A stretch of DNA of 43,136 nucleotides from a virus. Its lineage: Duplodnaviria; Caudoviricetes. The stretch is from IMG/VR virus record IMGVR_UViG_3300037092_000017, positions 1-43,136 of that record. One strand, 5' to 3'. Under the pieces are notes generated by a model that saw only the letters and a list, made by a program, of their open reading frames with translations, ran no database searches and was not told the origin of the DNA. This document shows, piece after piece, positions 18,185 through 27,088 of the stretch (its first letter is position 1; each line of letters starts with the position of its first letter). A program made the translations under genes and the position numbers.

Positions 18185-19053
18185 GATGGCGGCTCCTTTA
18201 GTGCTTCGGTGATCCCCTGGTCGAGGGTGATGGTTGGGAGGTAGAAGTTCTTCATGAGGCTGATGTCGGCGAAGCGGTGGTCCGGGCCCGCCGACTTGCC
18301 GAGGCTCTTGATGCTCGGGTCATACCCTGCGATGTCGGCCGCGAGCCGGGCGAGTGCGCTCATGCGTGTCGGGATGCCGGTCCCGATGTTGACCGGGCCG
18401 GGGATGTAGGCAACAGCGATCATCGCCATGCAGGCGCCCACAACGTCATCGACGTGGATGAAGTCGCGCTCGGTGTCGCTCCAGATGACGAGCGGGTCCT
18501 CACGCTGGCGGACACGCTCGATAATGGCCGGGAAGGGGTAATCGGCACTCTGGTCCGTCCCATAGCCCGAGAACGGCCTCACGACGTACACGGGCACTCC
18601 CGCGGCCTTCAGCTCCCGGCACTGACGCTCCCCCACGAGTTTGATGAACCCGTAAGCCGCGTCCGGGCGGATGATGTTCTCGGCCACGTCCACGTCTGTC
18701 TCGCGGAACGGTCCCCTCATGTTGGTCGGGTACGTGGCCGATGACGAGAAGTAGAGCAGCGGGGTCCGGGTTCGGAGGCACCAGGCAATCGCCATCTGGT
18801 CGAGCGCGAGGTTCTCGTAGACGGCCATCGGGTTGTCGTCGCGCTCCTGTCTGCTCCCGATGACGGCGGCGCAGTGGACTAGGAGGTCGTAGCCGTTGTC
18901 GTCGCGGGCGAAGATGCGCCGACAGTCCCCGCACCAGGTGAGGTGAGGCAGGTGCGCCGGGTCGCATCCGACAACATGGTGTCCATCTTGTACAAGACGG
19001 GCGGCGAAGTGCCGTCCGATGAAGCCCGCGCTGCCGGTGACTAGGGCTCTCAT
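18181..19053 (-). CDS. NAD-dependent epimerase/dehydratase
   Basis: ALVTGSAGFIG (GxxGxxG), FSSSATY, YGFIK (YxxxK), RDFIHVDD. Confidence 0.9.
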   Translation of the reverse strand: MRALVTGSAGFIGRHFAARLVQDGHHVVGCDPAHLPHLTWCGDCRRIFARDDNGYDLLVHCAAVIGSRQERDDNPMAVYENLALDQMAIAWCLRTRTPLLYFSSSATYPTNMRGPFRETDVDVAENIIRPDAAYGFIKLVGERQCRELKAAGVPVYVVRPFSGYGTDQSADYPFPAIIERVRQREDPLVIWSDTERDFIHVDDVVGACMAMIAVAYIPGPVNIGTGIPTRMSALARLAADIAGYDPSIKSLGKSAGPDHRFADISLMKNFYLPTITLDQGITEALKEPPS

Positions 19054-19760
19054 ATACGACCGCCTGCCCAGTTCATCGGCCATGCTGAGTGGGTGTGGAG
19101 AAAGAGCCAAGGATTCTCGACCGGGTGCCGGCACCCGTCGTTGCCTGGGGGATAGTGCGGCCACTCGTGTGGCGTAAACCCGTGCTGCCACAGGACGAAC
19201 GGAAGGCTGATCTGGTCCTGCAGCGACCAGCGCTCGATCTCTCCCATCCAGTCGGACATCAGCGCATCGACGCGGGTGGACTTGGCTCGTCCTATCACGG
19301 CACAGGGCCACAGACCCGCGTGGTCTGGGTAGCCGAGACTGCGGTAGTACTCGACCTGCTCGCGGATCGGTTGCCCGTCGTACTTGTCCCACCCGATGCT
19401 GCGCCTAGCCTCCTCGTGGATGCAGTCGCCGTGCTCAGCACGAAAGAGCGCAAGGTCATCGGGACCAAGGTCGGCGAATGCCTCTCCGAAGGCAGGGGTC
19501 AGGATCTCCATCGATCCATCGATCCAGATGGTCGCCTCGTAACTGTCCAGTGGCGGCGACTGCGGCCCGACGATCTTCGGATACTTGGCGGTGAGCCGAG
19601 GATTATTGGATGGCGGCACTGTGATGACGCGCCAGTCCTCGCGGGCCGTCAGGGACTCGTCGTCGGTAAACGCGACGAAGTCGACGCCGGGGATGTCCGG
19701 GTGCGTCTTCAACCAGTCGAAGCTGCCGAAAATGGCGGTGTAAATGGCGACGGTGTTCAT
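19050..19760 (-). CDS. DUF616-like glycosyltransferase
   Basis: YTAIFGSFD, FTDD, AKYPKI, IWIDGS, QDQISLP. Confidence 0.75.
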   Translation of the reverse strand: MNTVAIYTAIFGSFDWLKTHPDIPGVDFVAFTDDESLTAREDWRVITVPPSNNPRLTAKYPKIVGPQSPPLDSYEATIWIDGSMEILTPAFGEAFADLGPDDLALFRAEHGDCIHEEARRSIGWDKYDGQPIREQVEYYRSLGYPDHAGLWPCAVIGRAKSTRVDALMSDWMGEIERWSLQDQISLPFVLWQHGFTPHEWPHYPPGNDGCRHPVENPWLFLHTHSAWPMNWAGGRI

Positions 19761-20464
19761 GTCTTGCCCCTGTAGCGGCCGCTCGTGTCGACGTTCACCA
19801 TTGGCGGCGGCGCTGTGAAGTTCTTCGGCTCCGGCCAACCGGGCGTGAGATCGAACGCGTCGACGGGGCCGTTGAGGCTGAACCAGAGCTCAGCGTCGTA
19901 ACGGGTGTCGGCGCGCGGGGGCTTCAGGCGCTTCAAGAGACTCGACTGTGCCCACCAGAAGTTGCCGCCGTAGAAGTAGGTGCCCGGGTCGTTGCAGTAG
20001 CGATTGACCTCGGAGTGGCAGACCCAGTGGCACCCAACCGCTTCGTGCTCATCGAGCAGGGCAACGCACTTCTGCCACCCGGTAATCAGTTCGGCCGTCA
20101 TCGACCAGCGCCAGATGTTCTCGTAGTGCTCGTCGGAGCCCTCCGGGTTACTGACGCCTTTGGTGTGGGCGTAGAGCACGACGTCGAACGTGCCAGCCTT
20201 CTTGCGGAGCGCCTCGAGGGTGACCTGTTCCCAACCGGTATCGGCTTGCGCCTCTATCTCGACGGGTAGGTGCTTCGCACACAGCGCAGCCAGGGCCAGC
20301 CGTTCGGCTTGTGGACCGATGATCCCGAGGTGGAGCGTTCCGACCTCGGCGGCCAACCCGCTCGATTCGAGCGCTTCAAGGTGACTGGTAACGATCTTCT
20401 GCCAGTTGCCGAAGGCGTAGGCGTGATACCAGTGCGCGATCTTTAGCGCATGGGTGGCGGGCAT
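19757..20464 (-). CDS. Glycosyltransferase-associated protein
   Basis: LYAHTKG and GGNFWWA motifs; embedded in the glycosyltransferase cluster. Confidence 0.6.
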   Translation of the reverse strand: MPATHALKIAHWYHAYAFGNWQKIVTSHLEALESSGLAAEVGTLHLGIIGPQAERLALAALCAKHLPVEIEAQADTGWEQVTLEALRKKAGTFDVVLYAHTKGVSNPEGSDEHYENIWRWSMTAELITGWQKCVALLDEHEAVGCHWVCHSEVNRYCNDPGTYFYGGNFWWAQSSLLKRLKPPRADTRYDAELWFSLNGPVDAFDLTPGWPEPKNFTAPPPMVNVDTSGRYRGKT

Positions 20465-21081
20465 CCGTCGGAACTCCTCACCCAGTCGCCGTTGCCATAT
20501 AGCCATGTCGGCTCGGGGATGCAACGGAACCGGGCGCCAGCGTGTGCTAGGGCGATGAAGCAGCCCCAGTCCTCGGCCACGCAGTTGGAGGCGACGAACC
20601 GACCAGAGCCGTCCGTGTGACTGCCACCTACCCAGTCAGTCGGCCATCCGCCGACTTGCTTGAGTATGACCGTACGGATGGCGACGGCGGACCCGTCTAT
20701 CCAGTTCCGTCGGTCGAGTTCGGCACAGAGGCGGCCCGTGTCCCACCCGTTACAGTCGACGCGCGGGCGATCACCGTTGGCGTCCCACGAGTAGATGACG
20801 TCGGCGTCGGCCAGGTGCGGCAGATAGGTCTCGATGTGATGCGGCAGGAGCTGGTCGTCATCAGCTAGGCGCATGCAGAATGTGGAGCGGACGGCGGGGA
20901 GTAAGGCGTTCTGCTGCATCGCTACGTGGACCGGTGGGATCAGACCCTCGGTGCATGACTGCGCCATCACCAAATGTGCGTCGACCTCTACCGTCTGGTT
21001 GTAAACGCTGGCGAGGGTGAGACCTAGTAGGGCCTCGCGACCCGGGATGGACGCGGTAATTACCGTGATCGGTGCTCCCAC
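20443..21081 (-). CDS. GT2-like glycosyltransferase
   Basis: ITVITASIPGR...SVYNQT, LADDD, VGGW, EDW; SD AAGGGGG. Confidence 0.8.
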   Translation of the reverse strand: MGAPITVITASIPGREALLGLTLASVYNQTVEVDAHLVMAQSCTEGLIPPVHVAMQQNALLPAVRSTFCMRLADDDQLLPHHIETYLPHLADADVIYSWDANGDRPRVDCNGWDTGRLCAELDRRNWIDGSAVAIRTVILKQVGGWPTDWVGGSHTDGSGRFVASNCVAEDWGCFIALAHAGARFRCIPEPTWLYGNGDWVRSSDGCPPPMR

Positions 21082-21098
21082 GATTCCCCCTTGAGAAA

Positions 21099-21264
21099 GG
21101 CTGAACGTCCTACACGCGCCGTCGTTAGTGGGCGGCACACCCTTCGGCTGCCAAAGCCAGCATCGATGCCCTGTCCCTATCAGTCCTGTTGTTCCTGGCC
21201 GCGACGATGGCGCGCCGACCGACACCAGGCAGTTTCTAGGGCACTTTCCCTCGGACGTTCAGTC
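21099..21264 (-). ncRNA. Candidate structured RNA directly downstream of the tRNA
   Basis: The ends pair (ctgaacgtcc / ggacgttcag), with internal hairpins and no convincing ORF. Confidence 0.35.
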
Positions 21265-21339
21265 TGGTGGCGCCGGTGGGATTCGCACCCACGACCTCTG
21301 GCTTATGGGGCCAGCGAGCTGCTACTGCTCCACGGCGCT
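21265..21339 (-). tRNA. tRNA with CAU anticodon (Met/fMet-like)
   Basis: Cloverleaf: acceptor GCGCCG/CGGCGC, anticodon arm CTGGC-CCCATAA-GCCAG, T arm GTGGG-TGCGAAT-CCCAC, encoded CCA. Confidence 0.85.
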
Positions 21340-21413
21340 ACGCGACGGTGATGGCGGTTGGTCCAGGGCCGGTCGCACCGCCGAACGGCCGACCCCGGGG
21401 GCTGGTCCTTGGT

Positions 21414-21548
21414 TTATACGGCCGGCACGTTCACGGCTGGGCCGACACGGCTCGGGTGGCCTGCGTACAGGGTGCCCTCGGCTGGCAGACCCTCGGCGAC
21501 GACGGAACATTGAACTTTTGTGGAAGTATCCTTTGGTGTCGTTGTCAT
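21414..21548 (-). CDS. Possible leaderless 44-aa peptide
   Basis: TGaTATAGT extended -10 (21555-21563) lies 6 nt before the ATG; MTTTPKDTSTKVQCSVV. Confidence 0.35.
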   Translation of the reverse strand: MTTTPKDTSTKVQCSVVAEGLPAEGTLYAGHPSRVGPAVNVPAV

Positions 21549-21596
21549 GCTCACACTATATCACAAGTGAGTGCAACTATCCACCACGCCGTGGGC

Positions 21597-21654
21597 GACT
21601 GTCTAGCGAGGATGGGCCGAAAGAACGACTCGACCATGTCCCCGCTAGACAATC
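21597..21654 (-). terminator. Stem-loop after the capsid gene
   Basis: gattgtctagcg...cgctagacagtc; no U-tract. Confidence 0.5.
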
Positions 21655-21665
21655 AAAAGCCCAGG

Positions 21666-23084
21666 TCAGCTATTACTTATCAGGCGGAAACCGTTGGGGT
21701 TGACGGCATCGAAACCGATACGCGCGAAGGCGAACCAGCCGCGCTGGCCGACGGGGCGTCCTGTGGTGGTGTCGAACAAGTGATTCACCAATTCCACGGT
21801 CATCCCTGCACGCTGGACAACGAGGAAATTGCTGAAATCGCCTATGACAGCGATGTTCGCTGCGCCCGTGGTGCCCGTAAACTGCGGCGCGTAGTCGGTG
21901 ACCACGACGGGTCGGCCCATGAGGACATCGACGCCGTTCTTGGTCAGGTCAACGGTGAAGTCAGCGAGCGCGAGGCCGCTGGCCGCGTTAGCGAAGGCAC
22001 GGATCGTGCCATCGACAGACGGGCTGTAGACCCACGTTGCACGCGGACGGTAACGCTCAGGGAGCGTCATCCATGCCTTGCGGACATCGACAGCACCCAG
22101 CGTCCCGACTGTCGTCACGGTGATGTGTGCGGGGCTGACCGTCTGGTTCGCCAGGGTGGTGAAGATACCCGTAGGCTCACCGGAACCGGAACCGACACAC
22201 GTCTTCTTCGCGAGCAGGTCGACGTATCCCTGGTTGAGCAGGGTCGACATCTCGTCCGCGAATCCAGGATAGTCCTGGCCTACCTCAATGCTGTAGGGAA
22301 TGAAGCCGCGGGCTGCATACACCGGGATGCTGGGCTGTACCAGCGTCGGGGTGTCATCAGCGACTACCGCGGACTCAGCCTGGAACGCCCACGAGACACC
22401 GGACGATGCAACGCCTTTCCACGCGTCGGTCGTGATGGTAACCATCCTGCTGATTTGCAGGATAGGAGCATCGGCCGCAGCAGACGTCAGGATGATGGAC
22501 GGGTCGATGAGGACCGGGATACCGAAGCCACCAGCAGAGCCGGTGCCTTCAGACGCGACACGGAACTCCTGGAACGCGTTGATCGCTCGCGCCTCTTCTG
22601 GTGTAAAGGCTGGCTTGTCTTGCGTTACAGCCTTCATGAAGCCGCTGCGGTAGTCGTCGTTCTCAGTCACCAAAAGACGCTTGGCGACAATCGAGCCCTC
22701 GAAGTCCGCACTGTGCGAGCGGAGTTGCCTCTCGAAGTGCTCACGTTGAGCGGAGTTGAGGTGTCCGCCTTCGGACTCTGTGACCTTCAGAGCGGCGTCG
22801 CGCAATTCCTTGCGGCTCGCCGTACGGGGGTCGATGGACGACGGGTCGACCTTGCGTTGAAACGTAAAGTCGTCGTGGCCGGCGGTGAAGTCGGCGCCGC
22901 GAATCTCGGCGACCTTCTTGGCCCGTGCCTCAGCGGAGGCGTACTCCACCTTTAGGGGCTCGTACTCGGCCAGGGCGGCTTCGAAGCGCACCTCTTCAGC
23001 CTCGTCGAGTGTGTCTTTGTCACTGAGTGCTGTGATCTCGTCACGCAGCTCGGTGACCTTGGTGCGAAGCTCGTCGAGCTTCAT
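21666..23084 (-). CDS. Major capsid protein (HK97 fold)
   Basis: Coiled-coil N-terminus, AGGFGIPVLIDP, GSGSGEPTGI, LMGRPVV, IGDFSNF, GQRGWFAFARIG. Confidence 0.92.
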   Translation of the reverse strand: MKLDELRTKVTELRDEITALSDKDTLDEAEEVRFEAALAEYEPLKVEYASAEARAKKVAEIRGADFTAGHDDFTFQRKVDPSSIDPRTASRKELRDAALKVTESEGGHLNSAQREHFERQLRSHSADFEGSIVAKRLLVTENDDYRSGFMKAVTQDKPAFTPEEARAINAFQEFRVASEGTGSAGGFGIPVLIDPSIILTSAAADAPILQISRMVTITTDAWKGVASSGVSWAFQAESAVVADDTPTLVQPSIPVYAARGFIPYSIEVGQDYPGFADEMSTLLNQGYVDLLAKKTCVGSGSGEPTGIFTTLANQTVSPAHITVTTVGTLGAVDVRKAWMTLPERYRPRATWVYSPSVDGTIRAFANAASGLALADFTVDLTKNGVDVLMGRPVVVTDYAPQFTGTTGAANIAVIGDFSNFLVVQRAGMTVELVNHLFDTTTGRPVGQRGWFAFARIGFDAVNPNGFRLISNS

Positions 23085-23100
23085 TAGGGTCTCCTTAGGG

Positions 23101-24756
23101 TCAGTCGAGCAAGGCCACTCTGGCCCTGCGTCGCAGTTGCTTGACCCGCGCTGCACGGTCGTCAACCGGTGCCTCGTCGGTGTTGGCGGTGGGGTCAGTG
23201 TCCGGCGTCACCGGGGCACTGTCGAGCAGGCGTTCCACGACCTTGTACGACGTCCGCTCTGTGAATCGGGCGAGCGCCAATGGGTCTGTTCGGAGCTTGT
23301 TGATGAAGTCGTCGCTCCCTGAGCGCACGCCGGCGGTTGCCGTAGGCGCGGCGGGGAATGTCACTGGGCCGAACTCGAGGACTTGCGCCTCGGTAATGGT
23401 GCGCTGGTCGAGCCCGTTTGGGTTGGTCCTGGACTTCTTGCCCGAGCGGTCCCAGGTCTCGCCAGTAACGATGAACCGGAACGAAGCCCCCAATTGCGAG
23501 CCGACTTGTTCACCATTCATGAGCTGGCCGCGGAGGCACGGAAGCAGGAAGTTCCTGTTGTAGTCGGTGTCGAGGAGCGGCACCTCGTAGTAGGCGCCGT
23601 TGGCATCCTCGCGCAGCGTCTGGATCGGTCCCAACGGCTTGTTCCCCAACTGCGGGTCGAAGCCGTGGTCGTAGAGGACGCGCATGCCCGTGGCGTCGTT
23701 CTTTATTGTTTTCTTGAACGCACCAGGGGCGACGGTCTCGATGAAGTGGCCTTCCCAGAGGCTGTCGATCTCGTAGGGCGAGTCGAACGTGCTGAAATAT
23801 CCAAACATGGTCGAGCCGCCCTGGCCGTCGACCGGGGCTACCGTGTCGCGGAGCAGCACGGCAGGACAGCCCGCATCGGAACGGCGGGCACGGATCAGGT
23901 TCTCCGTGGGGTATTCCTTCGACATCGCGCCCATCGGCATGTAGTCCTCCGCCGGGTTCGAGCCCGACACCGCGAGGTCGGACGCCTCGCCGGCGTTCAA
24001 TGCGGTCTCGTCGGCCGATCCCAGGTCGTCGTCGGCCGCGTCGTAGGGGTAGGCGCCCACCTGGTCACCCGTGGCGGCGGGATCCAACGGGGGACTGTGA
24101 GGGTTGTCACCGACGATCGAGGCAGGGTCGCCATCCTCAGCGGCAGGGAGCAGGATGGGGACGCCGTTCTCGTCGATGGGGACCGAGCCGGTGCCGGCGC
24201 ACGACGGGCAGACGATGGTCGTGCCGGGTCCGGCGCTCCCGGCCTCCACGGTGACGTCGCCATCGCTCAGCAGCGCGGCGACGGCGTCGGTGTCACGCTT
24301 CTCCGGCTTGGGGCGCAGGAGCAGGAACCTGTGGCCATGGCACAGGCGGCACTGGCCCCACAGCGCCACCGAGTTGGCCTCGAGGTCGGGGATGTCCGCT
24401 GCCTTCGTCCCGCCGTCCTTGTAGTGGGCTGCAAGGTGGTCCCAGACGGCCTGGCGGTCTCCGGCCGGGATGACGGTCTTACCGCCGTGTGCACCATTCA
24501 GGGCGGCCATGGCGGCCTGGTAGCCCTTAGTGTTGGCGGCACCAGGGACGCCGGTATCACTCACGTCGTGATGCGGTCCCCACCCGTCCTCCTTGTCGGT
24601 GCCGTCGGCGGACGAATCGCTCTCGCCTTCGTCCACCCACGCGTACAGCTTCGGGAAGTCACCCTTCCGCTTGTCGAACGCCTTCTCGACTGCAGCACCA
24701 TCCCAAGAGCCGGTCGAGTCAATGGGCGTGTGGTGCACGGGGCATGCTGGGCACAT
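23101..24756 (-). CDS. Prohead protease with long N-terminal extension
   Basis: FGYFSTFD...FIETVAPGAFKKTI...LYDHG...GASFRF...LEFGPVTFPA. Confidence 0.88.
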   Translation of the reverse strand: MCPACPVHHTPIDSTGSWDGAAVEKAFDKRKGDFPKLYAWVDEGESDSSADGTDKEDGWGPHHDVSDTGVPGAANTKGYQAAMAALNGAHGGKTVIPAGDRQAVWDHLAAHYKDGGTKAADIPDLEANSVALWGQCRLCHGHRFLLLRPKPEKRDTDAVAALLSDGDVTVEAGSAGPGTTIVCPSCAGTGSVPIDENGVPILLPAAEDGDPASIVGDNPHSPPLDPAATGDQVGAYPYDAADDDLGSADETALNAGEASDLAVSGSNPAEDYMPMGAMSKEYPTENLIRARRSDAGCPAVLLRDTVAPVDGQGGSTMFGYFSTFDSPYEIDSLWEGHFIETVAPGAFKKTIKNDATGMRVLYDHGFDPQLGNKPLGPIQTLREDANGAYYEVPLLDTDYNRNFLLPCLRGQLMNGEQVGSQLGASFRFIVTGETWDRSGKKSRTNPNGLDQRTITEAQVLEFGPVTFPAAPTATAGVRSGSDDFINKLRTDPLALARFTERTSYKVVERLLDSAPVTPDTDPTANTDEAPVDDRAARVKQLRRRARVALLD

Positions 24757-26146
24757 TAGATGTCGCCTCCTTCGAGGTCGTCGCCGAGGTCGGCACCTGA
24801 TGTCGGCTCGGGTGGAAGTTCCGGCACGGTCTGTGCCGTGCCTCCTAGTGGGATTGGCGGACCTGCCGGCTGCATGCTCTTCGGCACGAGGCCGGTGTGC
24901 ACGAGCTTGCTGAGGTCGCCTGTCTCGACGGCCACGACGGCGGAGTCCGGGAAGAAGCCGGATTCCACGAGGAAGAAGATTGTGCGCGCCGCCGTCATCT
25001 TGTAGTTCGCGACGTCGGCGATGTCCTCCTGCAGGAAGGGGACGTCACGGGGGTCGTACCAGAGCCGTGCGCCATCGGGTGGCGGCGCGAGCGTCTGCAA
25101 CGCGCCACACGCTGAACGCCAGAGCGGGCGCATGGTGGCGTCGGCAAATCGACGCCGGGAGGCCTGGTAGTTGCCGGCGTTGAGGGCGGAGCCGCCGAGG
25201 GACTCGGACAGGGACAGCAACGTGGGCGGGACGCCGGCCGCTGCGGCGATGCGCGTCTCGCCAGCCTGTTGCACCCCGTTGATGTTGAGCTCCTGGAAGT
25301 TGGAGCCGACGACCTTCACGTCTGCGCCGGCACCGAGGTACAACGTTTTGAACCCCGACTGCGCGCCGGTGTGGCCCGCCTCCAACTTCTCCCGGAACTT
25401 GGTGGCAGCCTCGGGCGAGACGCCGGGGTCGAACTTGACGACCAGGCTCGGCGTCGCGGCGTTCATCATGAAGCTGTGCTTGAAGTCGGACATGTCGAGG
25501 TCGGCGATGATGTCAGGCAGGAGGCTCGACATCCATGAGATGCCGCGGAACTCGTGCTCCGGGTCGGGAAGCGGCCGGTAGTGGCACACCTCCTCGGGGG
25601 TGAACACTGAGGTGACGTGGCCGCGGTCGTCGTTGACTGCGTAACCGACCAGGCGCTTGCCGAAGGGTTCCTCAGTCTCGGGGTCGAGGACATCGACGGT
25701 CGCGATCGTGACCTTCGTCGGGCGCAGGCGGACGAGCTGGTTACCGGTGCGGACCCAGTAGGAGTTGCCGTAGAGGCTGGCGTCGACTTCCATGCGTGCG
25801 AGAAGGTCGCCGGTCGATGCCTGCGCCCACGGGTTGTTCAGTATCGACAGGTTGGGGTTGCCGAACACCTTTCCGGGGCGGCCGGCATCGAAGGACTGGT
25901 ACGCGAAGCGGACTTCAGAGAACACTGAGGCGCGAATGTTGATGCACGCCCAGACGATGGGGTTGCGTTGCGCCTGTAGGGCTGTTAGTTCGCCGATGCC
26001 TCCACCGGGAACTACATATTGGACGCCGTTAAAGCCGAACTGTTCCCAGAGCCTAAGCTAAGTCAATAGTCCGGCCAAGAGATGGCGCCCGCCGAACGCT
26101 CTTCTTCTAGTGTTCGACGTCTGCGCCTACCGAGGTCAGACAACAT
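24756..26146 (-). CDS. Portal protein, interrupted at 26058-26065 (intact downstream ORF 24756-25925)
   Basis: LYGNSY, LVRLRP, EEVCHY, RIAAAAGVPP portal motifs. A perfect SD AGGAGG precedes the ATG at 26146. Removing 8 nt gives one 460-aa frame. Confidence 0.8.
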
Positions 26147-26176
26147 TTGCATCACCTCCTGGGAACGTGCTACAGT
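26147..26176 (+). promoter_or_regulatory. Putative leaderless promoter of the homing endonuclease
   Basis: TTGCAT-18-TACAGT with TG extension, 6 nt before the ATG at 26183. Confidence 0.5.
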
Positions 26177-26182
26177 ATTCCC

Positions 26183-27079
26183 ATGACCAGAGTCATAAGT
26201 GGGATCTATCGGATTGTGCACCGTGAGAGTGGCCGCTGCTACGTCGGCCAAACGTCAAATGTCGGGAGGCGGTGGGCTGAACATCGGTCGCTACTGAAGC
26301 TGGGCAAGCACAAGTCCCGCAGGTTTCAGAACATCTGGGACAAGTATGGTCGTGAGGCTTTTGAGTGGGAACTACTTGAGGAATGTCCGCCCGAGAAGTT
26401 GACCGAGGCCGAGCAGTTCTGGATGGACCTGTTGCGACCCGTGTTGAATCATGCGCCAGCGGCGGGTAGCACGCTCGGGATGAAGCGGCCGGACGTGAGC
26501 CTCGCCAAGAAGGGCGTGCCGCGATCGGCCGAGACTAGGGCCAAGATCGCCGCGACCTGGACACCCGAGCGGCGCGCCGCGTGGGCTGAGCATAAACGGG
26601 GGTCTGTGCAAAGCGCCGAAGCCAGGGCCAAGATCAGCGCCGCCCACACGGGGATGCGTAAGCCATGGATGGATGGCAATGAACTCGGCAAACTCACCAC
26701 TGGCTACCGTCGAACGGCAGAGCAGCGAGAACGAGTCAGTAAGTCGCGCTTCGGCAACAAGAACTGCGTCGGGCGTGTGCTTTCGGACGAGACGAAGGCT
26801 AAGATCGCGGCGGCACCCCGCACTGAAGAGATGAAGGCCAAGATGCGGGCCGCTTGGACGCCTGAGCGCCGCGCCGCTATGGCTGCGCGCAATAAGGCCA
26901 ACCCGCCTCAGTGGTCGGAGGCATCGCGAGCAAAGGCAAGCGCCTCGCACACGGGAGTGGCTAAGCCGCTCACGCCAGAGGGACACGCGAGGGTCGCAGC
27001 GGCCAACCGTAGGCGGTTTGCGCGAACCCGGCCGCTCACCGGATCGGGTGAGACAGCCGGGTCCACTTCCCAGGGCTAG
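26183..27079 (+). CDS. GIY-YIG homing endonuclease with NUMOD3-like repeats
   Basis: SGIYRI...CYVGQT...RRWAEH and EQFW; repeats SAETRAKIA, SAEARAKIS, SDETKAKIA. Confidence 0.9.
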   Translation: MTRVISGIYRIVHRESGRCYVGQTSNVGRRWAEHRSLLKLGKHKSRRFQNIWDKYGREAFEWELLEECPPEKLTEAEQFWMDLLRPVLNHAPAAGSTLGMKRPDVSLAKKGVPRSAETRAKIAATWTPERRAAWAEHKRGSVQSAEARAKISAAHTGMRKPWMDGNELGKLTTGYRRTAEQRERVSKSRFGNKNCVGRVLSDETKAKIAAAPRTEEMKAKMRAAWTPERRAAMAARNKANPPQWSEASRAKASASHTGVAKPLTPEGHARVAAANRRRFARTRPLTGSGETAGSTSQG

Positions 27080-27088
27080 TGCCCCGGG

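Noticed and set aside
21099-21264. Hammerhead ribozyme (CTGATAG and GAAA seen)
   Set aside because: The core does not match CUGANGA in the required order and stem context.
21267-22955. 562-aa plus-strand ORF
   Set aside because: Antisense shadow of the capsid gene, expected from high-GC codon bias; no recognisable motifs.
23383-24759. 458-aa plus-strand ORF
   Set aside because: Antisense shadow of the protease gene; no independent evidence.
26183-27079. Group I intron carrying the endonuclease
   Set aside because: The gene is antisense and intergenic, with no room for an intron core in its flanks.
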